Source: Octopus bimaculoides (taxonomy: Eukaryota). From it: DNA of 64,000 bases. A program made the translations under genes and the position numbers. This document shows positions 1 through 12,912 of this stretch, one piece after another; the stretch's first letter is position 1; each line of letters opens with the position of its first letter. A model generated the notes under the pieces. It searched no databases and was not told the DNA's origin. It saw only the letters and a list, made by a program, of their open reading frames with translations. The DNA lies in the NCBI RefSeq assembly GCF_001194135.2, contig NC_069005.1, positions 1,340,224 to 1,404,223 on the forward strand. The letters are read 5' to 3'.

Positions 1-330
1 CCTTGCTGTCTGTTACCACCTGTATGGCTCTTGCAAACCACTCAGTCTCCTAGTCTCCAACCAAATCTGAGAGTGCTAAACCCTATCAGAGCTTTCTCTT
101 GATCAACAAATGTGATTAACCAAACATCTCTTCTACAAGAATCTGCTTTTCCCCCCAACCCTCTTGTCTCATATTTTGGCCCCTCACCTTCAAGCTTAAA
201 GCCAACCCCTCCTCCCTCCATAGCCTTGTGAGTTGCATGCTGATCTCAATAGTACCGGTGGCATGTTAAAAAAGCACCGAGAGCACACTGGTTAGTGGCT
301 CCTCTTGCAACTGTTTCACTTGGAAGACAG
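1..330 (+). mobile_element. Degenerate interspersed repeat related to the RTE-tailed composite element
   Basis: Shares CTTCTACAAGA...CCTCCCTC and GGTGGCATGTTAAAAAAGCACC segments with 50430-50600 and 18650-18750. Confidence 0.35.
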
Positions 331-2160
331 CAAAAGATGTCCTTCTCAACACAAAGCCAAACTGATTCTGTCTTCCTAATTCACTGAGCTCTGACTTTTT
401 CTGTGACTTTCATAGCATCATCTAACAGTTTGACACCTGTAGATTGTGCATCTCTTTTACCCTTGTAGCAGTTTACAATGCTACTGCTGCTGTGCTACTC
501 CTTGCTTATAATAGCTACCTGACTTGTTATGCTGGTGACCAGCTCATCAGAAATTTTAAAGTATCTTAGCTGTTATTCTTGATGGATCTTGGAGCCTTCC
601 CTACCTTCACATCCTTAATCACTCTATCTACCATACTGCTGTCAAGTTAAATGACTGGTCCCTCTGTTGGGTCTGCATTGGGCTGGCCCTTTTGTTCCAG
701 TCATTCTCTTCATTCAACAACATTTCATAGTAGCACTTCCCAATCCTTTATTTGGTCTTGTCAATGCCATGTGTCCCTTTTTATCACTTGCATGGACTAA
801 ATTGGTGCTTTGGTATATAGGAAACCGTGAATAACATATTCACAGATATTGCTGAATGCAACTGAGGTACCATTAAGTGAAAATCACCATATATGTATCA
901 TACTAAATGTATATACACCATTGAAAAGTATGCGTGAAATGTATGTCACTCTCGTGAGTCACTGCTGCAATGATGTTCGCCTCAACCCAACATGTATTGG
1001 GATTTTGATGCCTGTCTATGATGAGATTTTTCTCTCAAGCAAAATCCACAGCATCATGCCTTTCAATGGTCTATATACATCAAGTATGATACGCAAATTG
1101 GTAGGTGTAGGGAATGGAGAAGGTAAATCCAAACTGTCCCCTACACCTATCACCTAATTGTCGCTTAATTAGCAATTCTTGTTGTTAAACCTTGACTTGT
1201 ATAGATGCAGTCATCGAAATGTCCATCAAATTCGATATGGAACGAAGTGGATAAAATACGTTGATTGATAAACTTTGCTGGTCAAGTATCCTCCGCTTTA
1301 TGTCATTGGATCGCATTGCTCTATTACGACTATGTTACAAGGCCTTCGAGGAAAGAAGCTATCCTAAAGCTGGCTCGGATGGACCTGTTGTTAGTTTTGA
1401 ATACGTGGTGTAGTGTACGGTGACGCCTTCATTTCACTTCATTCATTTGTTGTCAACCGTTGCTGGTACCTACCGAGGTAGAACACCCTGTTATTTTCCT
1501 GACTCCGACACAATTCAACAAACACATTTTACTCCATTACACACACTGTTTCCATTTTCTCGCTCTACTGGTTTGTTTAGTAATAAACAAAAGAACAATG
1601 ATCGTTAATCGATAAACCAAGAAACGTTCTTCTTTCTCTCAGATATTTCTGGATACAGGAGGTCTGTAATGTTTTATTCAAGAACCTCTGCTGTCGGCAA
1701 GAGATTGCCACCTTTTGCGTTTCGAGGTCCTAAACAAACACAAAGCAACTAAATTCAATCAATAATGAAAATCACAGTCCTTTATGTTTTTGCGAACCAC
1801 CACATTTGTTTTTTATGTAGATTTACTGTTATTTATGTAACCTAGCGTCAGGTTTAATGTTATATAAACGCGTGTCATGTTATGTAATAATACAGTTCGA
1901 AACGTCAAAGACTTTCCGTATTCCCGAGCGTCATACTAATATATACTTTTGTTATTTACACCACCTGTCCTCGTCTGTTGTTATTATTTGTATATTCTCC
2001 CAAATACAGTTTTAAGGTCGTTCCCTCTTCGCAGCATTGTCAAACGTGTTTCCGTTTATCTCGTAAACACGGGTATATTGTAAATAGCTCGGGCTGTGTG
2101 TGCGTGTGTGTGTATTGTTTTCTCGGTAAATTTTCAGATTAACACCCGCACGATTTTCAC

Positions 2161-2243
2161 TAGGGTGTTAGGGTTAGGGAATTCCGCCCCTAACCCTAAC
2201 CGTAACCCTAAACCCTAACCCAAACTCTAACCCAAACCCTAAC
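2161..2243. repeat. Interstitial telomere-like repeats, TTAGGG-type then CCCTAA-type, running into an assembly gap
   Basis: TAGGGTGTTAGGGTTAGGG-AATTCCGC-CCCTAACCCTAACCGTAACCCTAAACCCTAACCCAAACTCTAACCCAAACCCTAAC, then Ns 2244-3022. Confidence 0.85.
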
Positions 2244-4029
2244 NNNNNNNNNNNNNNNNNNNNNNNNNNNNNNNNNNNNNNNNNNNNNNNNNNNNNNNNN
2301 NNNNNNNNNNNNNNNNNNNNNNNNNNNNNNNNNNNNNNNNNNNNNNNNNNNNNNNNNNNNNNNNNNNNNNNNNNNNNNNNNNNNNNNNNNNNNNNNNNNN
2401 NNNNNNNNNNNNNNNNNNNNNNNNNNNNNNNNNNNNNNNNNNNNNNNNNNNNNNNNNNNNNNNNNNNNNNNNNNNNNNNNNNNNNNNNNNNNNNNNNNNN
2501 NNNNNNNNNNNNNNNNNNNNNNNNNNNNNNNNNNNNNNNNNNNNNNNNNNNNNNNNNNNNNNNNNNNNNNNNNNNNNNNNNNNNNNNNNNNNNNNNNNNN
2601 NNNNNNNNNNNNNNNNNNNNNNNNNNNNNNNNNNNNNNNNNNNNNNNNNNNNNNNNNNNNNNNNNNNNNNNNNNNNNNNNNNNNNNNNNNNNNNNNNNNN
2701 NNNNNNNNNNNNNNNNNNNNNNNNNNNNNNNNNNNNNNNNNNNNNNNNNNNNNNNNNNNNNNNNNNNNNNNNNNNNNNNNNNNNNNNNNNNNNNNNNNNN
2801 NNNNNNNNNNNNNNNNNNNNNNNNNNNNNNNNNNNNNNNNNNNNNNNNNNNNNNNNNNNNNNNNNNNNNNNNNNNNNNNNNNNNNNNNNNNNNNNNNNNN
2901 NNNNNNNNNNNNNNNNNNNNNNNNNNNNNNNNNNNNNNNNNNNNNNNNNNNNNNNNNNNNNNNNNNNNNNNNNNNNNNNNNNNNNNNNNNNNNNNNNNNN
3001 NNNNNNNNNNNNNNNNNNNNNNCAAAAACAGCAAAACAAGTGTACAAAATTGTGTATTAAATAAAAATTTGCACCCACGAACTGGGGGTGAGGAGAGGAC
3101 TTTCGGAAAATTCACACGATCCGATTTTTTTCCTCATAACTTTCGGGAAAATGGATATCTTTTAATGAAACTTTAAACTAGAGATCAACCTTGTCTTTGA
3201 GCGTTTCTTTTTCATCGACCCCTCCCACTCCGCAAAAAAAAAAAAAAAAGGATAGACTCTCAGCCATACATTGAACCCGCAGCGCTGATAACGAAGACTT
3301 CATCTTTATGGAATATAACTTTGCAGACACACAGGTCATCTGATCAAGCAGACATATAAATCAAAGCACATTCCCTCCATGACATTCCGTCGCGAATATG
3401 ATTTGAGGGATAGAGACCCTCCGTCCCACGTGTCTCAGCATTTGAGGGACTGTTAGTTTCTATTTCTATTCGAGTCATCCACCTAGAGGCTTCTTCGTTG
3501 ACTCGGGGCTAGACATTTCTACACAGAACCTGAATAAACAAACTGATATATGACTTAAAACATTCCAGCCATGACCATCCCATATTTTTATCATTATTTC
3601 ATGAGTCTCACATTATCTGAAGATTGTAATTACTTTTATTACGAATTTATGAATGCCATTTTCGTCACCAGCATGTAAAAATACATCAAAACTACATTAA
3701 AAAACAATAATAATAATAATCAGGTGAAAATTGAAAACCTTCAAATGGTTGGAAGAAATTAACAAGATCCCCCGTTTTTCCTTCTTTTAGATTCGGCTGT
3801 AATTCGAGGACGATTTGGCTGCTATTTCTAGCATGCCCAGCAACTGCGGATCTCCCCTCACCATCGCCCGAAATAGTTGTGTATATAGTAAATAAGATTA
3901 TTTTGGGAAAGTCATTTTCGTAGGAATTAGGGTTAATTAGTTTATTGTCCTGTAGTTGGTAATTAAATACTACAATTTATATTTGTTGCGTACGTGACCA
4001 GCACACACATATAATGTGTGTATACTGCG

Positions 4030-4068
<39 letters not shown>

Positions 4069-4514
4069 GTATGTATAATGTTACTTTTTCTGGGACTTTT
4101 CCGCCCTCAATGATTTGTTTATTCAACCAATGAAGTTTAGTCTCCCACCATAAGTAAATGTTTTTTTCTTCTGCTTCCTACAAGTTGATAAACAATACCA
4201 CATATGTGTGTGTGTGTGTGTAATTCTTGAGGAAGAATATTATTGATAACGACTTGGAAATTTCGGTTGATGGCTTCGAAGTCACTGTCAATAATATCCG
4301 TGTTTAAAAATAATAAATTTGTACTCTACACAAAAATATAGAGCAACCCAGCAGATTATNNNNNNNNNNNNNNNNNNNNNNNNNNNNNNNNNNNNNNNNN
4401 NNNNNNNNNNNNNNNNNNNNNNNNNNNNNNNNNNNNNNNNNNNNNNNNNNNNNNNNNNNNNNNNNNNNNNNNNNNNNNNNNNNNNNNNNNNNNNNNNNNN
4501 NNNNNNNNNNNNNN

Positions 4515-4566
<52 letters not shown>

Positions 4567-5194
4567 CACACACATACATACATACACATGTGTGTGCGTG
4601 TGTAGTTTCTCACGATTTTCCTGTGAATTTTTGGCTGCAATTAGTTTTGCTGCTGGTGCTGCTGCTACTACTACTACAACTTACCAACAGAGGAGCCTCT
4701 AGGTGGTATCTCAACCTGCTAGGAATAACAGCTAAATAATCCTAAAATCATGCTATACCGTCTTAAAAAAATAAGGAATACATATTGGACGACGTAATCG
4801 GTTACTCTTAGATACACTATGCTTAAGAAAATAATAATGTTAATAAAGTGTGTGTGTTGTGGGGAGATGGTATGGCCGGAAGGTTTATTGATCGAAAGGT
4901 CTGACCTAGGGCTATATAACCACCATCGTTGGTGAACAGAGAAAGATTGCTTTCAAATCTTAATTTAACCATTAATTAATTACCACTATTTTAATGAAGT
5001 TTATAATTTATCTGGATGTGAAATGTTGAATGTATTTTATTTGACTCTGAAAAAAAAAGTTTGTCCTTGTTTATAATTATAAGGTGGCCATCACAACATG
5101 ATACCCCCTCCCCTTTTTAAACAGAAATAACTGGCATTCGAGAAAGGAATGGCACACACCTCAGAGCGTTGAACAAAATATTTTGCAGTTATTT

Positions 5195-5285
5195 ACGTAC
5201 GGCGCTTTAAAGCTCCGAGTTCAAATCCCGCCGAAACCAACTTTGTTTTTCATCTTTTCGGATTCGAATAAATATAGGGTAAAGA
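5195..5285 (+). mobile_element. SINE family B fragment (B box plus central domain)
   Basis: CTCCGAGTTCAAATCCCGCCGAAACCAACTTTGTTTTTCATCTTTTCGG matches the other B copies. Confidence 0.6.
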
Positions 5286-6461
5286 CCTTATTTTTGGTAC
5301 AAAACAGAAGGGACCACATTCTAAACGATATGCAACATTCATCTAGTTTATAAAAATAAATCACCATTTTATATAAGTGATTGCTATGATTAATTAAACC
5401 GAGTTAATTAGCGTTTTATTGTATATTTTATATTCATAAAAACAGCTCACTCAAGAATTTTTGCAGACATTTGGGGATTCCATATGTATTGAATAAATAA
5501 TAATTTCTGACCCGACGAGGGAACCTGTTATTAAATAACACTAATTAAACGGACGTAATTACCATTTTATCGTATATTTTATAAATAATCAAACACCATA
5601 TTTTCGGCTTTTTGTTGACATTTTATAGATTCCATCATGTTTCAATGTTGTCCTTTCTGTTTTGGAAGGAGATCGTTCTTTTCGTACAAATTGGGTATTT
5701 TAACTCGTTAAGTTCCCGTCAAGTACTGGGGTGAATGACATCGGTTAACGCCTTCTACTTAAATCAGAAACTATAATTTGAATTTTATATAATTTCATTT
5801 GTTTTTGGTCACATTTCGCCCGGAGATCTTTGATAGGGAGCTGGGTGGTGATGCTAGAGTAAATAGTATCTTAATTCTAGTTTCTTTAGCACTAAAATAG
5901 ATGAGACATAATTCTCGGCATAAAATATGTAAGATGCCAGCCAGCCTGTCTTAAGAAGCATTTCCCATGCTTGTTTGTTTATTCCCTTACTTGAACGTTT
6001 CTTATTTAGGTGTCGCGCCCAGAAGGAAAGACTTACTGGCACATCCGCAAAGGATTTTGAAATACTTTATCCACTTGGCTTTATTATTCTTACATCAGAT
6101 TTACTGGAGGGAGGTGCGGAGAAGAGATGTGACGTTAATGTCTTTCCCAAAAGCATCAACAATGTAGATGAAATGGTTTTCGGGATGGGCTGGCATCCCT
6201 CTCTTGAAGTACATCCAGTTTAGGCTCAGTAGTTCAGGTACTTAAATGGAGGACGCCTGTTGGTTTTACCAGAAATATTTGATAATATTGTTAATAATAT
6301 TTATTATTAATACAACAAACTGCATACTATAATAAATGATTATATTTTATTTTTGCATCAATTATTATTATTATTATTATTTTTCCCTTAATCAAACTGG
6401 TTTTAACTTTTGTAAATATGGTTTTAGTGCTAATATTTTTTTTTTGTTAAATTTTTTATTT

Positions 6462-6600
6462 AACCACTTGTGGTTCTAGTTTTGGGTTCAGTCCCACTAC
6501 ATGGCACTTTGGGCAAATGTCTTCTAGTATTGCTCAGGGCCGGCCAAAGCCCGTGAATGGATCTGCTTGCTAGAAAATTAAAGAAGTTTGTCGTGTGTGT
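6462..6600 (+). mobile_element. SINE family A fragment
   Basis: GGGTTCAGTCCCACTACATGGCACTTTGGGCAAATGTCTTCT...AAAGAAG then (TG)n, as in the fuller copy at 28876. Confidence 0.7.
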
Positions 6601-6659
6601 GTGTCTCCTTGTCTTGACATCATAAAATGATTTTAAAGAGCAACATCATTATGATAACA

Positions 6660-6800
6660 ATGTCATTTGTTTCCAGTGTTTTGTGAAAAACGTATCTGGT
6701 CATGGGGAAACCTTGTTCAGGAGGAGGTGAGGGTTAGTGACAGGAAGGACTTTGGCCATAAAAAAATCTGCCTCAACAAAATCCATCAGAACCATGCCAT
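6660..6800 (+). mobile_element. RTE-tailed short element (family E) fragment
   Basis: CTGGTCATGGGGAAA...GTGAGGGTTAGTGACAGGAAGG...AAAATCTGCCTCAAC, shared with 22580-22810 and 33300-33510. Confidence 0.6.
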
Positions 6801-7299
6801 ATGAAGCTTATCCAGGACAGATAAGCCACTGATGTTTGCCCAACACAAGGTGTTAACCCAGTCTCATGAAAGATGGTAGCACCTTGAGTGCTGATCACAT
6901 AAATCAAGAGAAGTGCTGCTGGCCACATCTGTTGTATTTGCATTAATTTTTGTAAAACACAAAATTTATCATTATGATTCTTATTATTGTAGTTAGTTAT
7001 TTATTTCAATTTTTTTTTTTTTTTCGTAAGATATACTTGACTATACTTGTGATATACTTAGAGACATCATTAGCATGGTTTCCTCGGGTTATAGGGCGTT
7101 TTGGATCTTTCATCAATCACACACCATCACCCTGATGTCTGTCAGAAATGGCTAACGTCCAGTTTGTGTCCAGACAGCACCACTACTCCGAGGGCTCACA
7201 CCTCCTGCAGTACAACCATCGTGAAGCAACCTCTGCAGAAGGACTGGTGCTGAAGACCCCGCATTCCACCTTCATGGGATCATACCGTGTTTCCTCCCT

Positions 7300-7480
7300 G
7301 GTACCTACCCTCGGTTCTATTATACAAATTTCCTGTTTTTAAAGCAATATGAATGAAAATCTTCCTTCAAAATTCCATGTTAATTTATGCTTCATGTAGC
7401 AGCTTAATAATAAGAAAATTATTTTTCTAAATTCTTTATTATTTTCTACGTTGAGACAAGGCAGAGTATTTCAAGAGAAA
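7300..7480 (-). mobile_element. piggyBac-like MITE family G fragment
   Basis: Reverse-strand similarity to 23506-23727 and 38796-38960. Confidence 0.5.
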
Positions 7481-7889
7481 TATGGTAAGAAAAGGGTTTG
7501 ATATTTCAGGGCTGTGTTTGGCAAAATTTTTAATTCTCATATTGTCTGTCTCTTGTCTTACCCCATTCCTGTATGGAAGACATTAAATGATTATGGTGAT
7601 GATGATGATGTTTCAATACTATGAATAGGTAAAGCTTATCACTAATCATTAGATAGAAGCAGGGTGGGGTGGGGTGGGGGGAAAACTATAAGGAATGTGT
7701 TTTGTTGGCTTGTTTGTGCCAAGTTGAAAATCTTCCAACAGACTTGGATTTGATCCTGACACCTGCACACCGACACACATCCACCAGTTCTCTATCATAT
7801 CGCTTGAAGGATTAGTAATCTATGCATAGGTTTTAGTCAGTATGGTATGAATTACGATAGGGTGTTTCATCATCATCATCATCATCATC

Positions 7890-8098
7890 ATCAGCTGGTA
7901 AAAATGAGTTGTACCTGTAATTCAAAGGGTGGGGCAGCCATGTCACATTCTGTGTCATGCTGAATCTCCCTGAGAATTATGTTAAGGGTATGTGTGTGGC
8001 TGTGGAGTACTCAGCCACTTGCATGTTAAGTTCACGTGCAAGCTGTTCCATTGATTGGATCAACTTGGACCCTCTTCACTGTAACTGACAGACACCCA
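7890..8098 (+). mobile_element. SINE family C, 3' part
   Basis: CAGCTGGTAAAAATGAGTTGTACC...CTGTGGAGTACTCAGCCACTTGCATGTTAA...GGATCAACT, collinear with 60875-61080. Confidence 0.75.
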
Positions 8099-9312
8099 GG
8101 CCTACATAAGTTTGTAGGTGAACCCTCCTATATTTCTTGGAAGGTGAGGGCACCAGCAGTGGTCCCTCTTGACCCTCTTACAATTCAGCAGAGAGAAAGA
8201 GATAGGAGTTGACCCCAGTATTTTTTTTTTAATCTTTTAATCAGACTGGAAGGCAATGCCCATGACCCTATTCCCATTACAAGCTTTTGAGACTGGTGGG
8301 AGTGAAAGAGGAAGGGATCCCCAAACAGAAAACTTGACCTTAATGCTTGTAACACAGTAGTGCCCTTTAAAGGCATCTAAAGCGCCAGGTGATGATGTTA
8401 AGCCGGGTGATGCCTTAAGTATATCATAAAAGGAAGCCACTGTGGGATTTGAACTCAGAACACAAAGAACTGGAACAAATACCACAAGGCATCTGCTCTG
8501 ACATTCTTACAGTTCCACTAATCCATTACCTTGGATTGGTGCTTATCACCACCTCCACCTCCCATCAACAGTGAAAGGCAATGATGATCTCAGCAGGATT
8601 TGAACTCAGAACATAGAGACACAATGAATAGTGCAAAGCGTTCTGCCCAATGTGCCAACGACCGCTACTTTATTTATCAATGCTTGAGGAATGACAGGCA
8701 AAATTGATCCTGGCAGGAACTGAGCTCAGTGCCACTCCAGTCACTGAGTCACTGCAATGCACTCACTGCTCTACCAATTCTGTCAATCACCTAACCTAAG
8801 TGGTTATATGGTAGAAGTTTCCCTAAATTCTTAGTAATAAAGTTGTGCTTAATTCCTCGTCTAGACTACTTATTAGGAAGTTTCTGAAGCAAATAGGCAT
8901 AAGTATAAACTACTTTTCATAATTAAAGTATAATATATGCATATGTAAATTTGTTAACATGTGACTTATGGGTAAATATAATTACTGACATTAAAATATG
9001 CTGATTGGTTTCGTTATTAGCAGACTTATGTAATTAGAGTTTTACGTACAGTGAGATTTTGTTTTTCAAATTTGGAGAAAAACCATTTTTTAAAAACTTT
9101 AACAGTCGAGATTTCAATCCTTGGATTATATTTAATGTGTCTTAACTGTTTTGTTTCTGTATTTCTAATAATATGTGCTACCTGTATTTAAATTAATTTT
9201 AAAAATCTTTTATCTTTTACCTGTTTCACTCATTAGATGGTGGCTAGCCTTGGAGAATATTAGTCGAATATCTTGACTCCACTGCTTGGTTTTTTTCTTT
9301 TTTAGCTAATAA

Positions 9313-9530
9313 GACGGCGAGCAGGCAGAATCGTTAGCATGCTGGGCAAACTGCTTAGCGGTAATTTGTCTGAGTTCTGAGTTCAAATTCCGCCTAGGTT
9401 GACTTTGCCTTTCATCCTTTCAGGGTCTATAAATTAAGTACCAGTTGAGCACTGGGGTAAATATTATTGACTATACCCCTCCCCCAAATTTCAGGCCTTG
9501 TGCCTATAGTAAAAAGGATTATTATTATTA
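9313..9530 (+). mobile_element. SINE family B (tRNA-derived head, (ATT)n tail), near full length
   Basis: A box GGCAGAATCG, B box GAGTTCAAATTCC, central GACTTTGCCTTTCATCCTTTCAGGGTCTATAAATTAAGTACCAG, ATT tail. Confidence 0.85.
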
Positions 9531-10304
9531 GTAGTAGTAGTACAGCTGTATTACTGCTAAGAACCTTCATTTAATAGCAGTTATCTGTTATGGGGTTAAA
9601 ACATTTTTTTTTACCCCTATTAGAATATAAAGGAATTATTGTGGGAGGTGCCAACCATTTGTTGCTAAGGAAGAGAATAAATTTTTTATCCAAGATTATA
9701 TCTAAGACAATTCTGAGACGTAAATTAGTAAATTATTTGTCACCCACAAACTCATTTAGTTCAAATATTTTGCGACTGACATTTTAAATAATTAAAAAAG
9801 ANNNNNNNNNNACAAAAAAGCATTTGAAAATCAACAATAAAAAAAAACCATGAACAAAAATAAAAGATCATGTTTTGTTTTTGTTTTTGTTTTGGAAGAT
9901 TGTTGTTGGATTTTTCGTTTTTTCCTTTTCTCTGGAATTTGATACTTGCAGGAGTGTTTGGAGATGTTCTGGGCCAAATTCCATTGTCTGAACACTTGTG
10001 CTTTTTTCTGCTGTTGTCATAAATAGGCCGGTGGAGCTGAGAACTAGCGCCGTTGGTATCAGACTTGCCTGTGGGAACCAAACTGCTTCTGATGGTTACA
10101 TTTCTGCTGGAAGAACAGGAAATAATTCTACGACACATTTATATCGGCATCATTGCTTCTCTTCCTTATTATTCCACCAGATTTCCAATTGGTTTAACTT
10201 AAACAGAGATGAATATATTTTGTTGTATCTTGGGTGGGTCATTATGGCAATAATAAACACATGTACTGGTTCCATTTCATTTATTATTATTATTATTATT
10301 ATGA

Positions 10305-10800
10305 AGTTGGCGAACTTGCAGAAATGTTAGCATGCCGGGTGAAATACTTAGCGGTATTTTGTCTGTCTTTATATTCTGAGTTCAAATTCTGTCGAGGTTG
10401 ACTTTGCCTTTTATCCTTTCGGGGTCAATAAATTAAGTACCAGTTGCATACTGAGGTCAATGTAATCAACTGGCCCCCCTCCCCAAAAATTTTGGGCCTT
10501 GTGCCTAGAGTAGAAAAGAAGCTGTTAGCATGGCGGGTAAAATGCTTAGCAACATTTCATTTCTCTTTGCGTTCTGAGTTCAAATACTGCTAGGGTCAAC
10601 TTTGCCTTTCGTCCTTTCAGGGTCAATGAAATAAAGACTAGTTGAGAGCACTGGAGTTGATGTAATTGTCTTGCCCACTCTCCTGAAATTGCTGGCCTTG
10701 TGCCAAGATTTGAAATCATAATTATCAGTATTGTTTGACAGCCCGTGGTGGCAAGGTGGCAGAATCACCACTGCTGTTTCTAGCATGTCGGGCAACTTCT
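10305..10800 (+). mobile_element. Tandem array of SINE family B copies (10305-10520, 10521-10726, head fragment about 10740-10800)
   Basis: Two consecutive collinear B bodies directly after a (TTA)n run. Confidence 0.8.
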
Positions 10801-11409
10801 TATAACCTGCCTCTTTGGCTCATACCACTATCACTACCGATATATAAATATAGTGACAGAGGCATGAATGCCTTTCCATTACATAATAAAAGAAATTATA
10901 TTGACTAAAGTTTATAAATGTTAAAGTTTTGTGGTGGAGTAGCCATGATTAGACCTGTCTACATGAACCTGTGATACAAATATAATTGAAGTATTTTAAT
11001 TAGCGTTAACATATTTAATGAAGTAAGCATCAAAGATCTAATTTATACATTAGGTCAATGATTAATGCTATTTTAATTAATTTTGGCAGCAAGTACCTAA
11101 GACGGTATTTTTTTTAAATGTGGAACAGACCTTGTTAAACTCAATGTAATGTCGATAGATTTAAAAGTAAATTTAATTCAGTGGAACTGTCTTAATGAAA
11201 ATCATCCTTATTGGGATTAATTTGATTAAGATAGATCTTATTGGGTCTATCTTACTGAAGACAATCTTTATTAATGAAGATAGTCTTTATTCACAGTATC
11301 AATGAGGTTATTGGATGTTGTCATACACCACTGGTCACAGTGCACTTCCTCATATTGTTGTAGCTTTCAAATGATACCTCTGCACTGGTTAGGCATGCAG
11401 AGCAACGTT

Positions 11410-11582
11410 CTCCCTGAATGGGACACCAGTCCCTTAGAAGGGTGGCCCGTTTGTAGTTGAGTGGACTGGACCAATGTGTAGTGAAGTGTTTTGCTTGAGA
11501 ACACAATGCACTGCCGTTCTGGGAATTGAAACCATGATCTTGCAATAAGGGATGCAACACTCTAACCACAATGCCATACTCC
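11410..11582 (-). mobile_element. SINE family C
   Basis: Reverse complement of the head (TGGCATTGTGGTTAGAGTG...GTTTCAATTCCC) and of TGTGTTCTCAAGCAAAACACTTCAC...TCCAGTCCACTCAAC. Confidence 0.75.
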
Positions 11583-11639
11583 TTCACAGTCCTTATTACA
11601 CCTACCTTAATGAGGGTAGATCTGTTGGACCTAACTTTC

Positions 11640-12030
11640 TTGGAGCTCCAGAGCTTGTCTGAGACAATGTGAAGGAAGAAACTTGATTCAGGGGGAAAGA
11701 AACATGGATGCTGCACTGTTGCATTATGACAAGACAATGGCTCATGCACCATTCCTTGTCCAAGACTTTTTGGCAAAGCATGAAATGACTCTCATCTCCC
11801 AGTTGCCTCACTTTCTGGATTTGGTTTCCAAAACTGAAATCCACATTGATTTCAGATCATAGAAGAGATTGAAGAATATTCATAACAAGAACTGTGTACC
11901 AAACCCTGGAAGTGTTTCAGCTGATGCTTATAAACCATTTTAAAGGAGGCAAGTCTGATTAAATTGTAGGTAAAGCAATAAAGTACGTTTTTTCTGAAAA
12001 AAAATTTTTTTTTTGTAAAACTGACATGTA
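11640..12030 (+). mobile_element. Degenerate mariner transposase C-terminal remnant
   Basis: Manual translation gives LLHYDKTMAHAPFLVQDFLAKHEMTLISQLPHFLDL, then after a frameshift FPKLKSTL..FQIIEEIEEYS*QEL. This resembles the mariner LHHDNAPAH...PYSPDL...FPKLK region. Confidence 0.75.
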
Positions 12031-12912
12031 GGTGGTATTGCTGAGTGAGCAAGGATTCAGAAGCTGTTTTGGTAAAAATTCTAACCGAAGCCTGCTTCTC
12101 TCAGTTGTTGGAGATTCTCTTGTAAAATTCAGGAATTAAAACATGTTGAAGGAGATTTGGCTGTCATACTGAGGAGATTAAATGATTATAAAGAAATTCG
12201 CTGATTGGTTTCAGAAGCTGTTTGTTGACTTGTTTAAAAATGTTATCTTTAAATGTATTTTTGTGTTTGTTCCATGAAGGATTAAAAAGTAAGTTTAGCT
12301 TAAGACAAATACATTTGTTAGAAAAGCAGCCAGATTTCACTTAATGCACATCCTATCATCTTAAAATGCCAGGAGGAAAAAGGACATGTTGTTAACATTA
12401 TAGTTCCATATTTCCAAAAAGACAGTTTGCATAGTTTGAGCTTACTTTGTGAAGAGTGAAAAGAATTCAATATGTTTTGAGGTTTTAGAACAATAGAATA
12501 AATGTATTAAATACATAGAGAGAGAGAGAGAGAGAGAGAGAGTAAACATAAGACATGCAAGATAAGTGCACATACTAGGTTTGGTGGCAGTTAATGGGTA
12601 AAGGAATGTTACACAACACATACGCACTCAGGTCCTGGGGTGCTGCCAGGGGAGTCTACTCTGATGCAAGCGTCCAGACCAGATCTGTGTATAAGCCTTG
12701 ATAAAGCCTAATCTTATTGCTTCTACAACATTGACCTTTCCTTTCTTCATTTCCTCCTATACATCAGTCCTTGAGCTCCTATAAAAGGCTATGGGCCTTC
12801 CCCTTCCTTACCTGACTAAATCATATTGTATTTTCCAGTATATTTCGAGTCAATGTAGTACATAGTGCAAACATGTAGTGAAAATATTCACATCCCCAAA
12901 AAGAACCCAAAC

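Noticed and set aside
849-1157. 102-aa ORF, and a minus-strand HVGLRRT snippet faintly like a gypsy integrase zinc-binding region
   Set aside because: No recognisable domain on +; the minus similarity is a few residues among stops and cannot be supported.
9950-10260. Non-repetitive segment after a TTGCAG acceptor-like site
   Set aside because: Stops in all three frames shortly after the site, no convincing donor, and minus ORF 9761-10138 has no recognisable features.
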